Program-made: the position numbers and the translations under genes
Shown: positions 52,181 through 61,609 of the stretch, piece after piece
Layout of the letters: each line of letters starts with the position of its first letter
How positions within the stretch are numbered: position 1 is the stretch's first letter
The notes under the pieces: generated by a model
Database searches by the model: none
What the model was told of the DNA's origin: nothing
The model's input: the letters and a program-made list of their open reading frames with translations, nothing else
Origin: Savitreella phatthalungensis
Lineage: Eukaryota
Direction: 5' to 3'
DNA length: 64,000 nt
NCBI GenBank assembly: GCA_051599415.1
Contig: AP039690.1
Span: 868,001 to 932,000, forward strand

Positions 52181-54790
52181 TCATCTCGAATTAAGGAGTT
52201 TTTGTAGGGCAGCTTCGATCTGTGGCCAAATGATGTCGCTTGTTTCTCCGCGGAAGTTGACTAAGATCCCTCGCTGCTCATAATAATGCTTCAGTGGAGC
52301 CGTGTTCTCGTCATACACAGCAAGTCGACGTGTAAATGTCTCAGCAACATCATCAGCTCGCTGCGTCAAGCGTTCGCCCGTCAAGTCATCCTGACCAGGC
52401 ACCTTTGGGGGATTAAATGTAAGGTTGTAGGTTCTGCCGCTCGGAGCATGGATCCAACGGTTGACGATCCGATCGAGAATCACCTCGCGAGGTACATCGA
52501 GATTTATGACGGCAGTCAGATCCGCTCCGGCGATGCGCAGATCTCGATCGAGGGTGCGTGCCTGTGCAATAGTCCGAGGAAAGCCGTCGAGAACGAAAGA
52601 CTTGTCGAGTAGCTGGTTATCCCGTAGATGGGCTAAGACCATGGAGCACATCAAATCGTCGTCTATCAACTGTCCTGCCTCAACGATAGCCTTTGCTCGA
52701 ATACCGAGATCAGTGGATTGAACGATCTGCTGTCTTAGTAGATCGCCAGAGGATACAACGACGATCCCCTCGAACGTCTCCATTATACGCTTCGAATGTG
52801 TACCTTTCCCTGCTCCTGGAGCGCCAAGGATGAGTCCACGAATTGCTCGGTCTCTATGATGTGCTTTGAGGGAGGCGCATGTAGCATCGTAGTCTGCCAC
52901 CAACCTCTCCATTGTCGCTCCGATCTGTCCAGTGTGCTGCACAATATGACAGCCGGCTGTAGCTAGCATTTCTGTTTTCTGTGCAGCGGTTAGATCTCCG
53001 GGCATTCGAAGAGCGCCCGCATGGCCCATCACGCGCATTTCAGGGGCCGTAAATCCAGCAATCATAGCTACGATTGGCTTTGGATTGGGCGTCTTGTTGT
53101 ATTCTGCAATAAAGCTTGCAGCCTCCGCTTCAGCCAATCCACCAATCTCACCGAGGACAACGATCCCTCGCGTATCTGCGCGTTGGACAAAGATGCGGAG
53201 GGCGTCTACCAAAGACGTGCCTGCCAGCATATCGCCGCCCATACCAACCACCAAAGATTGACCAAGGCCTACACGCGTCGTCTCGCCGACAGTCTCGTAC
53301 GAAAGCGTGCCGCTCTTCGACACGATGCCAATGCAGCCCGGCTCGTACTGCAAATATGGCATGATGCCGACACGACATTGGCGTGGTACGATAGTACCTG
53401 GGCAGTTTGGACCGATCAGTCGTGTCTTGCCCGCGGATAACCGCAGTGCATCATGCACCCGTAGCATGTCGTGTATCGGCACACCTTCCATGACTGCCAC
53501 GACCAGCGGAATTTGCGCCTGTATGGCGGCGATGATCGCATCCGCAGCTTTTGCAGCAGGCACGAAGACTGCACTGACATCCGGGTCGACATCTGCCACT
53601 GCCTCGCGGATCGTGTTGAAGACAGGAAGCTCGAGATGGCGCTGTCCACCTTTGCCCGGCGAGACTCCACCAACAACATTTGTGCCATAAGCGATAGTGT
53701 CCCGAGCATTGATGGTTGCCTGCCTGCCTGTGAATCCCTGGTACACGACACGTGTATGTCTGTCAAGGTCCAATCGGAGCACTTTTGCCCTGCGCGCATC
53801 GTCCATACAGGATCGCGAGCTCGTGTGAAACTGCCGACGCCCAGACGGCACAGTTGCAGTAGCTGGGGCCTGGCGTAGCTTGGCTTGTTCGATCACAGCC
53901 TTGGCTGCGTCCTCGATAGCATCGCAGCTCGTGAGCGATAGACCTGAACTTTCAATGATCTGGCGGCCCTTGTCCATATTTGTCCCGCGAAGACGTATCA
54001 CGACGGGTGTATCTTTCATCTGAAGTTCGCGCACTGCTGCGACAACGCTCTCGGCGATCATGTCGCATCGTATCAACCCGCCGTAGATGTTAACCAGAAC
54101 GGCTCTGGTATGTGGTCCTCGAAGCAGCACATCGAAGCCCTTAATAAGCAAAGCAGTCGTCGCTTGACCGCCAGTGTCGAAGAAATTAGCCGATTTCCCA
54201 CCATAGAGCGAAATCACATCATTCGTTGCCATTGCAAGTCCAGCGCCATTGACAACGCAGCCAATATCGCCGCCGAGATCCGCGAAAATCAATCCAGCTT
54301 TGTCTGCTTCCTTTTCCCACGCGGTGCGTATGTCATCACCTCGCAAGGAGGCCCACTCGAGTCTTCTGAATGCCGCATCTGGGTCAACTCTGATACGGGA
54401 GACGACGATCTGTTCCTCGACAACGGAGAAGGCTATCTCGATTGCTTCAAGTCTCTTAAATGCTGACCAGACAGCGTCCAGCTGCGGCATTGCGCTGTAA
54501 CTCCCCCCGTTGGACGCGTCAACCAACAGATCCTTGACTTGATCCGAAAGCGTGGCCCTCGTGTACTCGAGACAGTGCATGTGCGTTCCGTGGCCGAAGG
54601 TGTCTAGCACCGGCCTTTTGAGCTCACGATCTATACGTAGAGCGTACGTAACAGCCGCCTCGCACCGGTCAGCTACATTGAGACGGAAAGGTTGCAATAG
54701 CCTTTGAGCATCATCTTGTCGCAAAGTTCGAAAGCTGCGATTAGGAGCGAGCTTTTGTATCGATCTGAAATGTGATCTCATCATCGACAT
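52181..54790 (-). CDS. Fusion: succinyl-CoA-ligase-like beta (ATP-grasp truncated) + alpha + AK3/Adk2-type adenylate kinase
   Basis: Beta: IGCVVNGAGLAMATND, ANFFDTGG, NIYGGLIRCD, RLRGTN. Alpha: YQGFTG, GPNCPG, SKSGTLSYE, GEIGG, MGHAGA. Kinase: GAPGAGKGT, SSGDLLR, LDGFPRT, RWIHAPSGRTYN, QRADD. One uninterrupted 869-aa frame. Confidence 0.9.
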   Translation of the reverse strand: MSMMRSHFRSIQKLAPNRSFRTLRQDDAQRLLQPFRLNVADRCEAAVTYALRIDRELKRPVLDTFGHGTHMHCLEYTRATLSDQVKDLLVDASNGGSYSAMPQLDAVWSAFKRLEAIEIAFSVVEEQIVVSRIRVDPDAAFRRLEWASLRGDDIRTAWEKEADKAGLIFADLGGDIGCVVNGAGLAMATNDVISLYGGKSANFFDTGGQATTALLIKGFDVLLRGPHTRAVLVNIYGGLIRCDMIAESVVAAVRELQMKDTPVVIRLRGTNMDKGRQIIESSGLSLTSCDAIEDAAKAVIEQAKLRQAPATATVPSGRRQFHTSSRSCMDDARRAKVLRLDLDRHTRVVYQGFTGRQATINARDTIAYGTNVVGGVSPGKGGQRHLELPVFNTIREAVADVDPDVSAVFVPAAKAADAIIAAIQAQIPLVVAVMEGVPIHDMLRVHDALRLSAGKTRLIGPNCPGTIVPRQCRVGIMPYLQYEPGCIGIVSKSGTLSYETVGETTRVGLGQSLVVGMGGDMLAGTSLVDALRIFVQRADTRGIVVLGEIGGLAEAEAASFIAEYNKTPNPKPIVAMIAGFTAPEMRVMGHAGALRMPGDLTAAQKTEMLATAGCHIVQHTGQIGATMERLVADYDATCASLKAHHRDRAIRGLILGAPGAGKGTHSKRIMETFEGIVVVSSGDLLRQQIVQSTDLGIRAKAIVEAGQLIDDDLMCSMVLAHLRDNQLLDKSFVLDGFPRTIAQARTLDRDLRIAGADLTAVINLDVPREVILDRIVNRWIHAPSGRTYNLTFNPPKVPGQDDLTGERLTQRADDVAETFTRRLAVYDENTAPLKHYYEQRGILVNFRGETSDIIWPQIEAALQKLLNSR

Positions 54791-55171
54791 CCTTACCCAA
54801 TGATCTTCCCGACCATGTGCTTGGACTAGGTCTCGTCAGCAGTAGATGACGCGGGTAACAAGCTTTTTGATCACGCTGAAGGAGAGCTCTGCATTCGAGG
54901 TTTCCCAGGAATTCTCGGATCAACGATTGTTCGTTCCATGACCGATCGATTAATCGCGAGGATTCCCCACAACTGCATGGCCGGCTGTATACATGCAATA
55001 ATAATTCCGGGTTCTTCAAGTTGATCAATTCGATCGACTCAATATAAATTAAATGTGGGGTAATATTTCTCCAGTGTGTACGTACGTAGGTAAACAGGGT
55101 ACGTGCAAATATGTTCACGACGCACGGACGATGCATGGAATCCCCGATCGTCATCATCTACGGCGTTCTCA

Positions 55172-56350
55172 ATGATGGTTGAGGGCATCGCCCCGATGAC
55201 AGCGGACGACGATTCGTCCGCACCAGTAGACCTCGTCGAGCTGTCACGAAACGGAGCTATAATGGAGGTCAGCCTCAATAGACCGGGCAAATTGAATGCG
55301 CTGTCTGGGGAACTCATAGAAAGGCTCTCGCTGACTCTCTTGCAATGTGAGAGGGACTCTGGAGTTCGAGTCGTTGTGCTCAGAGGCAAAGGCAAAGCTT
55401 TCTGCGCTGGTGGTGATGTCGCTGCTCTTGCGCGGCTCGCCAAACACGGGACGCAGTCTTCCATCCATGAGGGGAATAAGTTCATGCAGCGACAATATCA
55501 GCTCAATCATGTGGTGGCGACACTGAACAAGACCACGATCGCAATCTGGGATGGCATCGCGATGGGCGGCGGTATTGGCGCGTCGATTTGTCAGGACTTT
55601 CGCATCAGCACAGAAAACACGATGATAGCGATGCCCGAATGTGCTATTGCGTTTTTCCCCGATGTCGGAGCATCCTATTTCCTGAACAGGCTGGACCATG
55701 GGATCGGTGCCTGGCTGGCCCTGTCTGGATCTAGAGTCAAAGGCGAAGACGCAGTGCTGCTCGGACTAGCTACCCATCATGTTGCTTCGGACCGCTTAGA
55801 GGGCTTACTCGCGGCGCTCGCTACCGAATGCGCATACGATAAAGAAGAAGTTGACAGGTTGCTCACGCGGTCGTCCTCCAATCCTCCGACAGGACAAATG
55901 CACGCCAAGCGAGCGCGGATACGCGCAATTTTCCAAGCTGGCAGCTTGAAGGAGATACTGCAGCATCTCGAAGAAAGCAGAGAAACGTGGGCCGCAGAGA
56001 CCCTTAGGAACATTCGTTCAGCTTCTCCAACTGCTGTTTGCGTCACCTTTGAACTTTTGAAGCGCACGAAAGGACTGAAAGCAGAACAATGTCGAGCTCT
56101 TGAATTCGTTGTTCACACGAATTTCATGCGTCTGCCTGACTTTGTGGAAGGCACGTTCGCCAGACTTATCGACAAGCCGGCGAGAACGGCACGGTGGTCA
56201 CCCTCCAGCATTGAGGATTGCACCGAGCAGTACGTCGCGTCGTTCTTTATCCCGAAAGATGCTCCACTGCGTTTGCGTGCGCAGATTGCGGATGAGGGAC
56301 GCCAGAATCGGTACGCAAGACACGCGCGACTAGTTCAAGCTACGCCTTAA
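55172..56350 (+). CDS. 3-hydroxyisobutyryl-CoA hydrolase family (crotonase fold, Ehd3/HIBCH-like)
   Basis: LNRPGKLNAL, AFCAGGDV, WDGIAMGGGIG, AMPECAIAFFPDVG, DFVEGTFARLIDK...W; first in-frame ATG at 55172. Confidence 0.92.
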   Translation: MMVEGIAPMTADDDSSAPVDLVELSRNGAIMEVSLNRPGKLNALSGELIERLSLTLLQCERDSGVRVVVLRGKGKAFCAGGDVAALARLAKHGTQSSIHEGNKFMQRQYQLNHVVATLNKTTIAIWDGIAMGGGIGASICQDFRISTENTMIAMPECAIAFFPDVGASYFLNRLDHGIGAWLALSGSRVKGEDAVLLGLATHHVASDRLEGLLAALATECAYDKEEVDRLLTRSSSNPPTGQMHAKRARIRAIFQAGSLKEILQHLEESRETWAAETLRNIRSASPTAVCVTFELLKRTKGLKAEQCRALEFVVHTNFMRLPDFVEGTFARLIDKPARTARWSPSSIEDCTEQYVASFFIPKDAPLRLRAQIADEGRQNRYARHARLVQATP

Positions 56351-58034
56351 AGATAGTCATGACCTTTTGTCTGTATGCTTCAGTACGGGCATGGGACATT
56401 TGAGTATGTATCTGATAGACTGCATGGAAACATACACGCGAACACGAAACAGTCGCGTTTGCTGTCTTGGACGGTGACAACCATTGGTAGCAAGCACGGC
56501 AGGAAAGAGTCAGACCACGAAACCAATCGTGATGCGATGAACCGTATGGCTCCCGGAATGTTCAGCATTGTGAGTCGCTTTCGTCGAATTCCTTGTCAGC
56601 ATGAAAGTCGCACCCAATAGGAGCTCGGAGCAGGAGGGCTTTGGTGGTATCTACGGCTCGCCCAGAAACGTGAGAGATTCGCAATTCGACCACGACAACC
56701 ATGCATCACTGACAAGCGTCCTGTCATCTGCCGGTTGGCAAAGCAAAAAGCGACCATTACAGCGCGGCAAAAGAATCACTCTTGAACAACTATCTCGATC
56801 GTCATAATGAGCCGAAATAAAGGCCGTTGCGAGCGCGTCCTCCCGTGAGGAAATGTACGGAATTGACGAGTACGCATATATACTCGATCATGTTTGTACG
56901 AGTGCCAGCGTTTCACGTGTACTCATGCGGCCTAAGTTTCGTGGGTCAATGCATATGATCAAACCTATTTACTAGGTAATTTCCAACAAAATCACCCCAA
57001 TTGACTGCAAGGTTGAACTGAACATCCCGCCGGCCACGATCGATCACCGATATGGCTATACCACGTACTGTAGGTATGTGAAAGACAAATATAAAATCAT
57101 GAGTTCGGATCACGATCTGGATTAATTATGCCAATATATAAAGCTAGGCACATATTGATATTCAGTAGTAGTCGACGGACCTAAAGCTTAATTGTTTTTA
57201 CCCACCTCAATGATGATTTCGACTGTGTGTGGAGTTCTGGTGACCAGGCCTGCAACGTCCAGTTTGATCTCATGCCCATACATGGTGCTTCACGATCATC
57301 AATTCAGATCCCTTGGCGAGTCACAGATTGAAACATCAACGGCTGCTAGCAGTGAATTCTCACATGACACTTGCAAACGTACGACAACAAGCCATAATCA
57401 AGTAGGCACTCAGGCTCTCGACCTAACCTCATCTGTGGGAAGAGCCTCATTTGGACACCACTGTACTGGCCTCCAATGGCACAAGTCGCCTGTTAGTCCT
57501 CGTTACTGAATCTCATCGCTAGGGCGACGTGTTCTCGACATCTGTTGACCTTCCAACGACCTCCAGCTGTTTTGGCAACTGACTTCTTCCGATCTTCCGC
57601 ATCCGTCGCATCCCACCGGTCACATCCTTGGGCACGCCGCTGCGTGGCATCGCTTTCTACTCGAAGCACCTGCTCCCGCGACACTCGTCCACCACGCGGT
57701 AGAGCACGCCGTTGCAAGCGTTGCCAGTCAATTCTGATCAAGCATACTGTGCCAAGTAGGGTTTGACAGGCTGAGACTCAAACAGCTGCTTCGTCTCTGC
57801 TGACTCGTCGCGCGGCCCAAAACTTAGATTACCATCGAAAAACTTGTGACTCTTCCATCAACCTCAAGACCCGGCCGCTTGCGTACCCAGGCAGGCATCG
57901 ACCGTCCCGAGTAGCCGCGGCAGATAATCTGGTGTCTGTCACGCGCAGCTGCCTCGCCTGTCCCAAGAACTGTCTATATAACTGGCTCAAATCGCACATT
58001 CATATGATTCTCATTGAGCAAGCTCTTGCATCAA

Positions 58035-59816
58035 ATGTCTAGTGAGGCCTCGATTGGTAGATCCGCTGGCTCAACTATGCCCACCGGCCGCGCCGCTGGC
58101 TCCGATACTACTCAGAGTCCCATGGAGAGGCAACAACCTTCAGTTCAGCAAAGCGACGATCGATTAACCATACCGCAGCACGCAGACAGTCATCCGCACA
58201 CCAATAGCACTTCAGCTGCGAGTGCACAATCACAAGTGCTGAATCCGGCTGCCATAAAAAATGAAGGTCCGAACGTTGGTGACATAGGCGAGGCTAAACC
58301 GCGTCAGAAAAGAAAGAAGGCCTCTCGAGCATGTCTACACTGTCAGAAGGCTCATCTGACGTGCGATGACGCCCGTCCGTGCGGACGTTGTATTAAACGG
58401 GGTCTGCACACCACTTGCCACGATGGCGTGCGCAAAAGGGCAAAGTATCTGCAGGATGTCGATCTCGATGATCTCTATCTGGCTCCTGGCGCGAATCGTT
58501 CTTCTCCTCAAGTAGTCACTCCCACGACTGCCACTGCGTACTCGGGCATCCCTCCATCACCGGGCATGGTTTCAGCGTACTCGCAAATGCCGAGTCTCCA
58601 ACGAAACGGCTCATCGTATAGCAATCCTGCCGAACTAGCCGCACAAGGAACGGAATCCACGTTTCACGACAACGCCTCGACACAAAGCAATGTGAACATG
58701 GCTACCGTCTCTGTCGATGCGTCTGCGAGCGCTCTGTTCGGAGATCATTTCCTCTTTGACTATCCTCCACTGTCAAGCTATGACTTCGATTCAAAGGCGG
58801 CTAACCTCGAATACAGCATGATCTCCACAATGCTTGGACGCGCCATGACTCCGGGTACCGAGGCGAGTAGCGATCCATTTGCACTGTCCCCGCAGAGCCT
58901 GCGTCCAGGTGACTTAGCAATGAGTCGTCAGTCGCAGGCGCACCCGTGGCTCGGCTCAGGCGCAAGCTCGGGAATGCCTGCTCCCGCGCCGTTGTCGACA
59001 ATGCCGCTCACGACTGCTGAGCAAATTGGGAAACAAGATATTCCATCCCCGGCTACCTCTAATCAGAGCTTTTCCTCTCAACCGAAATCTCAGCCAGCCG
59101 CACCATCGAACCATATTGACCCACACGGGCAAAGACCGACTCCTGTCGCTCGTCGTGCCGTTCCAGGCGCAAGCAAGGACCCAAGCAGCATCTACACCGC
59201 CATTACCCGGCCGTTCAGTTATACCAATGGCTACCATCTCCTCAACTCGTATTTACGCAGTCGATTCGACAAAGAAGATCTGGTCCGCATCGCTCGCGCT
59301 ATCGTGGGCTATCGGCCGTCGTTCATAGCGCTGACTAAGACTCTCCGTGAAGAAGACTTGACCTTCATGGAGGTCTGCTTTCAGCGCACTCTCCTCGAGT
59401 ACGAAAAGTTCGTTGGCTATTCGGGCACGCCTACCGTGATTTGGAGGAGGACCGGTCAGATCGAATTGGTGGGTAAGGAATTCTGCCTGCTAACGGGCTG
59501 GACGCGTGATCAGCTCCTCGGCAAGCAGACATTCATCGTGGAATTGATGGATGATGCATCGGTGGTCGAATACTTTGAGCAATTTTCTCAGCACGCCTTT
59601 GGGGACACTTCCTCAGTGGTTACGACGTGTATCCTTTTGACGCCGCCCGTTAAGAGGCGGGACAAGGCCGATGAAGAACAAGGGGCTACTGCATGCGGGG
59701 AAGAGAAAACGCCCGCGCAGGGCAAGGTGCCATGTGCATTCTGCTTTACTATCAAACGCGACGTGTTCGACATTCCCATGATGATTGTGGGCAACTTCCT
59801 GCCTTGTCTAAGTTGA
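58035..59816 (+). CDS. ERT1: Zn2Cys6/PAS transcription activator of gluconeogenesis Ert1/AcuK
   Basis: RKKASRACLHCQKAHLTCDDARPCGRCIKRGL..CHDGVRKRAKYL, AANLEYS, RPSFIA, GTPTVIWRRTG, RDVFDIPMMIVGNFLP. Confidence 0.95.
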   Translation: MSSEASIGRSAGSTMPTGRAAGSDTTQSPMERQQPSVQQSDDRLTIPQHADSHPHTNSTSAASAQSQVLNPAAIKNEGPNVGDIGEAKPRQKRKKASRACLHCQKAHLTCDDARPCGRCIKRGLHTTCHDGVRKRAKYLQDVDLDDLYLAPGANRSSPQVVTPTTATAYSGIPPSPGMVSAYSQMPSLQRNGSSYSNPAELAAQGTESTFHDNASTQSNVNMATVSVDASASALFGDHFLFDYPPLSSYDFDSKAANLEYSMISTMLGRAMTPGTEASSDPFALSPQSLRPGDLAMSRQSQAHPWLGSGASSGMPAPAPLSTMPLTTAEQIGKQDIPSPATSNQSFSSQPKSQPAAPSNHIDPHGQRPTPVARRAVPGASKDPSSIYTAITRPFSYTNGYHLLNSYLRSRFDKEDLVRIARAIVGYRPSFIALTKTLREEDLTFMEVCFQRTLLEYEKFVGYSGTPTVIWRRTGQIELVGKEFCLLTGWTRDQLLGKQTFIVELMDDASVVEYFEQFSQHAFGDTSSVVTTCILLTPPVKRRDKADEEQGATACGEEKTPAQGKVPCAFCFTIKRDVFDIPMMIVGNFLPCLS

Positions 59817-59933
59817 TGCCCAAGCTATCTCTCGCGGTAGACGACGATGCAGCATAGAACACAGAATCTATTGTGATTTAGAACGAATGACGAATCATAC
59901 ATGGATCGAGATCGTCCACTTGATTGAGCTGCT

Positions 59934-61130
59934 CTAAATGGGAGCTTCTGAAATCGTCACAGGATGCGCGATGTCCCACGGACCGGAGATCTCATTTTTG
60001 TAGCGTTGGAGCTGAATCAGCCAAAGTGGACAGACGAAGGACACGAAGAAGAGGGCGATATCGAAGATGTAAGCATAGAACCAGCTTGTGAAGATGCCGA
60101 GTGTCAGGTTGGCAGAGACGATGAGTAGCAAGGTCAACGCGAGATTCAGGGTTCGATCGAAAGCTCGGACGAATCGACGAAAGATGGGAAACAGCGCGAA
60201 CCATTCGACCGCAAACAAAATCAGCGCGAAAACGGAGGTAGAGTCTCCCAGCCTCGACGCCAGTACGACCGAAGCCATAACGGCTGCATTCGTGGAAACG
60301 TTGCCGGAGTACGAGATCGACGTGTGAGCTTCATTACGCATCGGCATCGGCGCGAGTTCTGCAGGAATTCGTAGCTCGTTCGGCGTAAGCGCTCCTGAGC
60401 GTATCGGCGACACGTCTCGCGAGCTTGTTAGTGCGGAATAGTCTTTACGAATGGATCGTGGCCAGCGGCCAGCTGACGGCGGGGCGCTTGAGATTGATGT
60501 TTGACTCATTCCAGAACGTTGGCTCGACTGCGGCCGACGGATTCGCGTACGAGTGCTCCGCCTGGATGGTGACCACTTGACGTGACGGCGGCGTAGGCTG
60601 TAGTCGTGAAATGCGATATTTGCGATGAAAAGATAGACCGCAATCGTCCAGATCGAGTCGCTATCAGAGGATTGTGTCAAGGATATTAGAATCGGCGACA
60701 GGCCCAGTATGGTCAGGACGATCAGCAATCCTGATTTGGCTGTCTCAAGACGTTCTCGCCGGTGGCCTAGGAAATCTGAGTGTATGCTGTGCGGCGCATG
60801 CGACGGGACTTCGGGTTCCGTAGCCATGCGCGGGCTTGCCTCATTGTGGTACGACCAGAATGCATAGGCCGCCGCGGTCAGCGCGGTCGCGGTCGCAACC
60901 ACGATCAGGGCGTCCGCACTGCCGCTGTATATACCGACAAAGCTTGCAACAAAAATTGCGACGGAGCAGACGTGTTGAGACAGGACCGTCGAGTCTGCCA
61001 CTAGCGGCCAATATTCATATGCAACAACGTTCGCATTTCGTTGAAGCTTGTTCAGGAAAGTCTGGTCTACCCAATTGTCTGGATAGTCCTGTTTGACCCA
61101 GAGGACCTTGCGCCAACTCTTCCTTCCCAT
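59934..61130 (-). CDS. GPI2: GPI-GlcNAc transferase subunit Gpi2/PIG-C
   Basis: WRKVLWVKQDYPDNWVD, LSPIL..LT.S..SDSIW, STNAAVMASVVLASRL, LQRYKNEISGPWD. Confidence 0.96.
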   Translation of the reverse strand: MGRKSWRKVLWVKQDYPDNWVDQTFLNKLQRNANVVAYEYWPLVADSTVLSQHVCSVAIFVASFVGIYSGSADALIVVATATALTAAAYAFWSYHNEASPRMATEPEVPSHAPHSIHSDFLGHRRERLETAKSGLLIVLTILGLSPILISLTQSSDSDSIWTIAVYLFIANIAFHDYSLRRRHVKWSPSRRSTRTRIRRPQSSQRSGMSQTSISSAPPSAGRWPRSIRKDYSALTSSRDVSPIRSGALTPNELRIPAELAPMPMRNEAHTSISYSGNVSTNAAVMASVVLASRLGDSTSVFALILFAVEWFALFPIFRRFVRAFDRTLNLALTLLLIVSANLTLGIFTSWFYAYIFDIALFFVSFVCPLWLIQLQRYKNEISGPWDIAHPVTISEAPI

Positions 61131-61609
61131 CGAAATAGCATTTGCGCAACCACGTCAACTGAGCTCCTATTCCAAGTCCCAGCCAAACTCGAGAAAGCTG
61201 CCAAGAACTAGCTCCGGACAGCTGGGGATGTTGACCGTCTAGAAACAGTCGAATGCGTGGTTAGGCAAGCAGACTCGGATACACATGCAGCTGTATCTGC
61301 ATTGGCGTCTAGCGACGTCCGCAGCCGTAAACTAGACTCTCATAAATTGTGTACAATATTGTGGTCGACGCTGAATCGAAGGCGCTCCGGTGAACACGTG
61401 CGAGGGTTCGACTTCACCACGTACGTACGCATATATCTGCGATGAATCTGCGTAGGGATTTTGATCAATTTATCCCATAGTTCTGTAGTTAGGATGGCGG
61501 GCACATCGCAGAAGCCCGACGTGCGATGTATAGCAGCCTTATATGTGTGTCATCCCGTGCTTTTTGATTGTCAGGTGATTTGATACCTGTAGCACTTTGT
61601 CTGCTGCTC

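Noticed and set aside
56375..57770. Short ORFs upstream of ERT1
   Set aside because: No motifs; more likely promoter, long 5' UTR or uORFs.
61400..61420. GGTTCGACT T-loop/B-box-like motif
   Set aside because: No T-stem or cloverleaf can be drawn, so it is not a tRNA.
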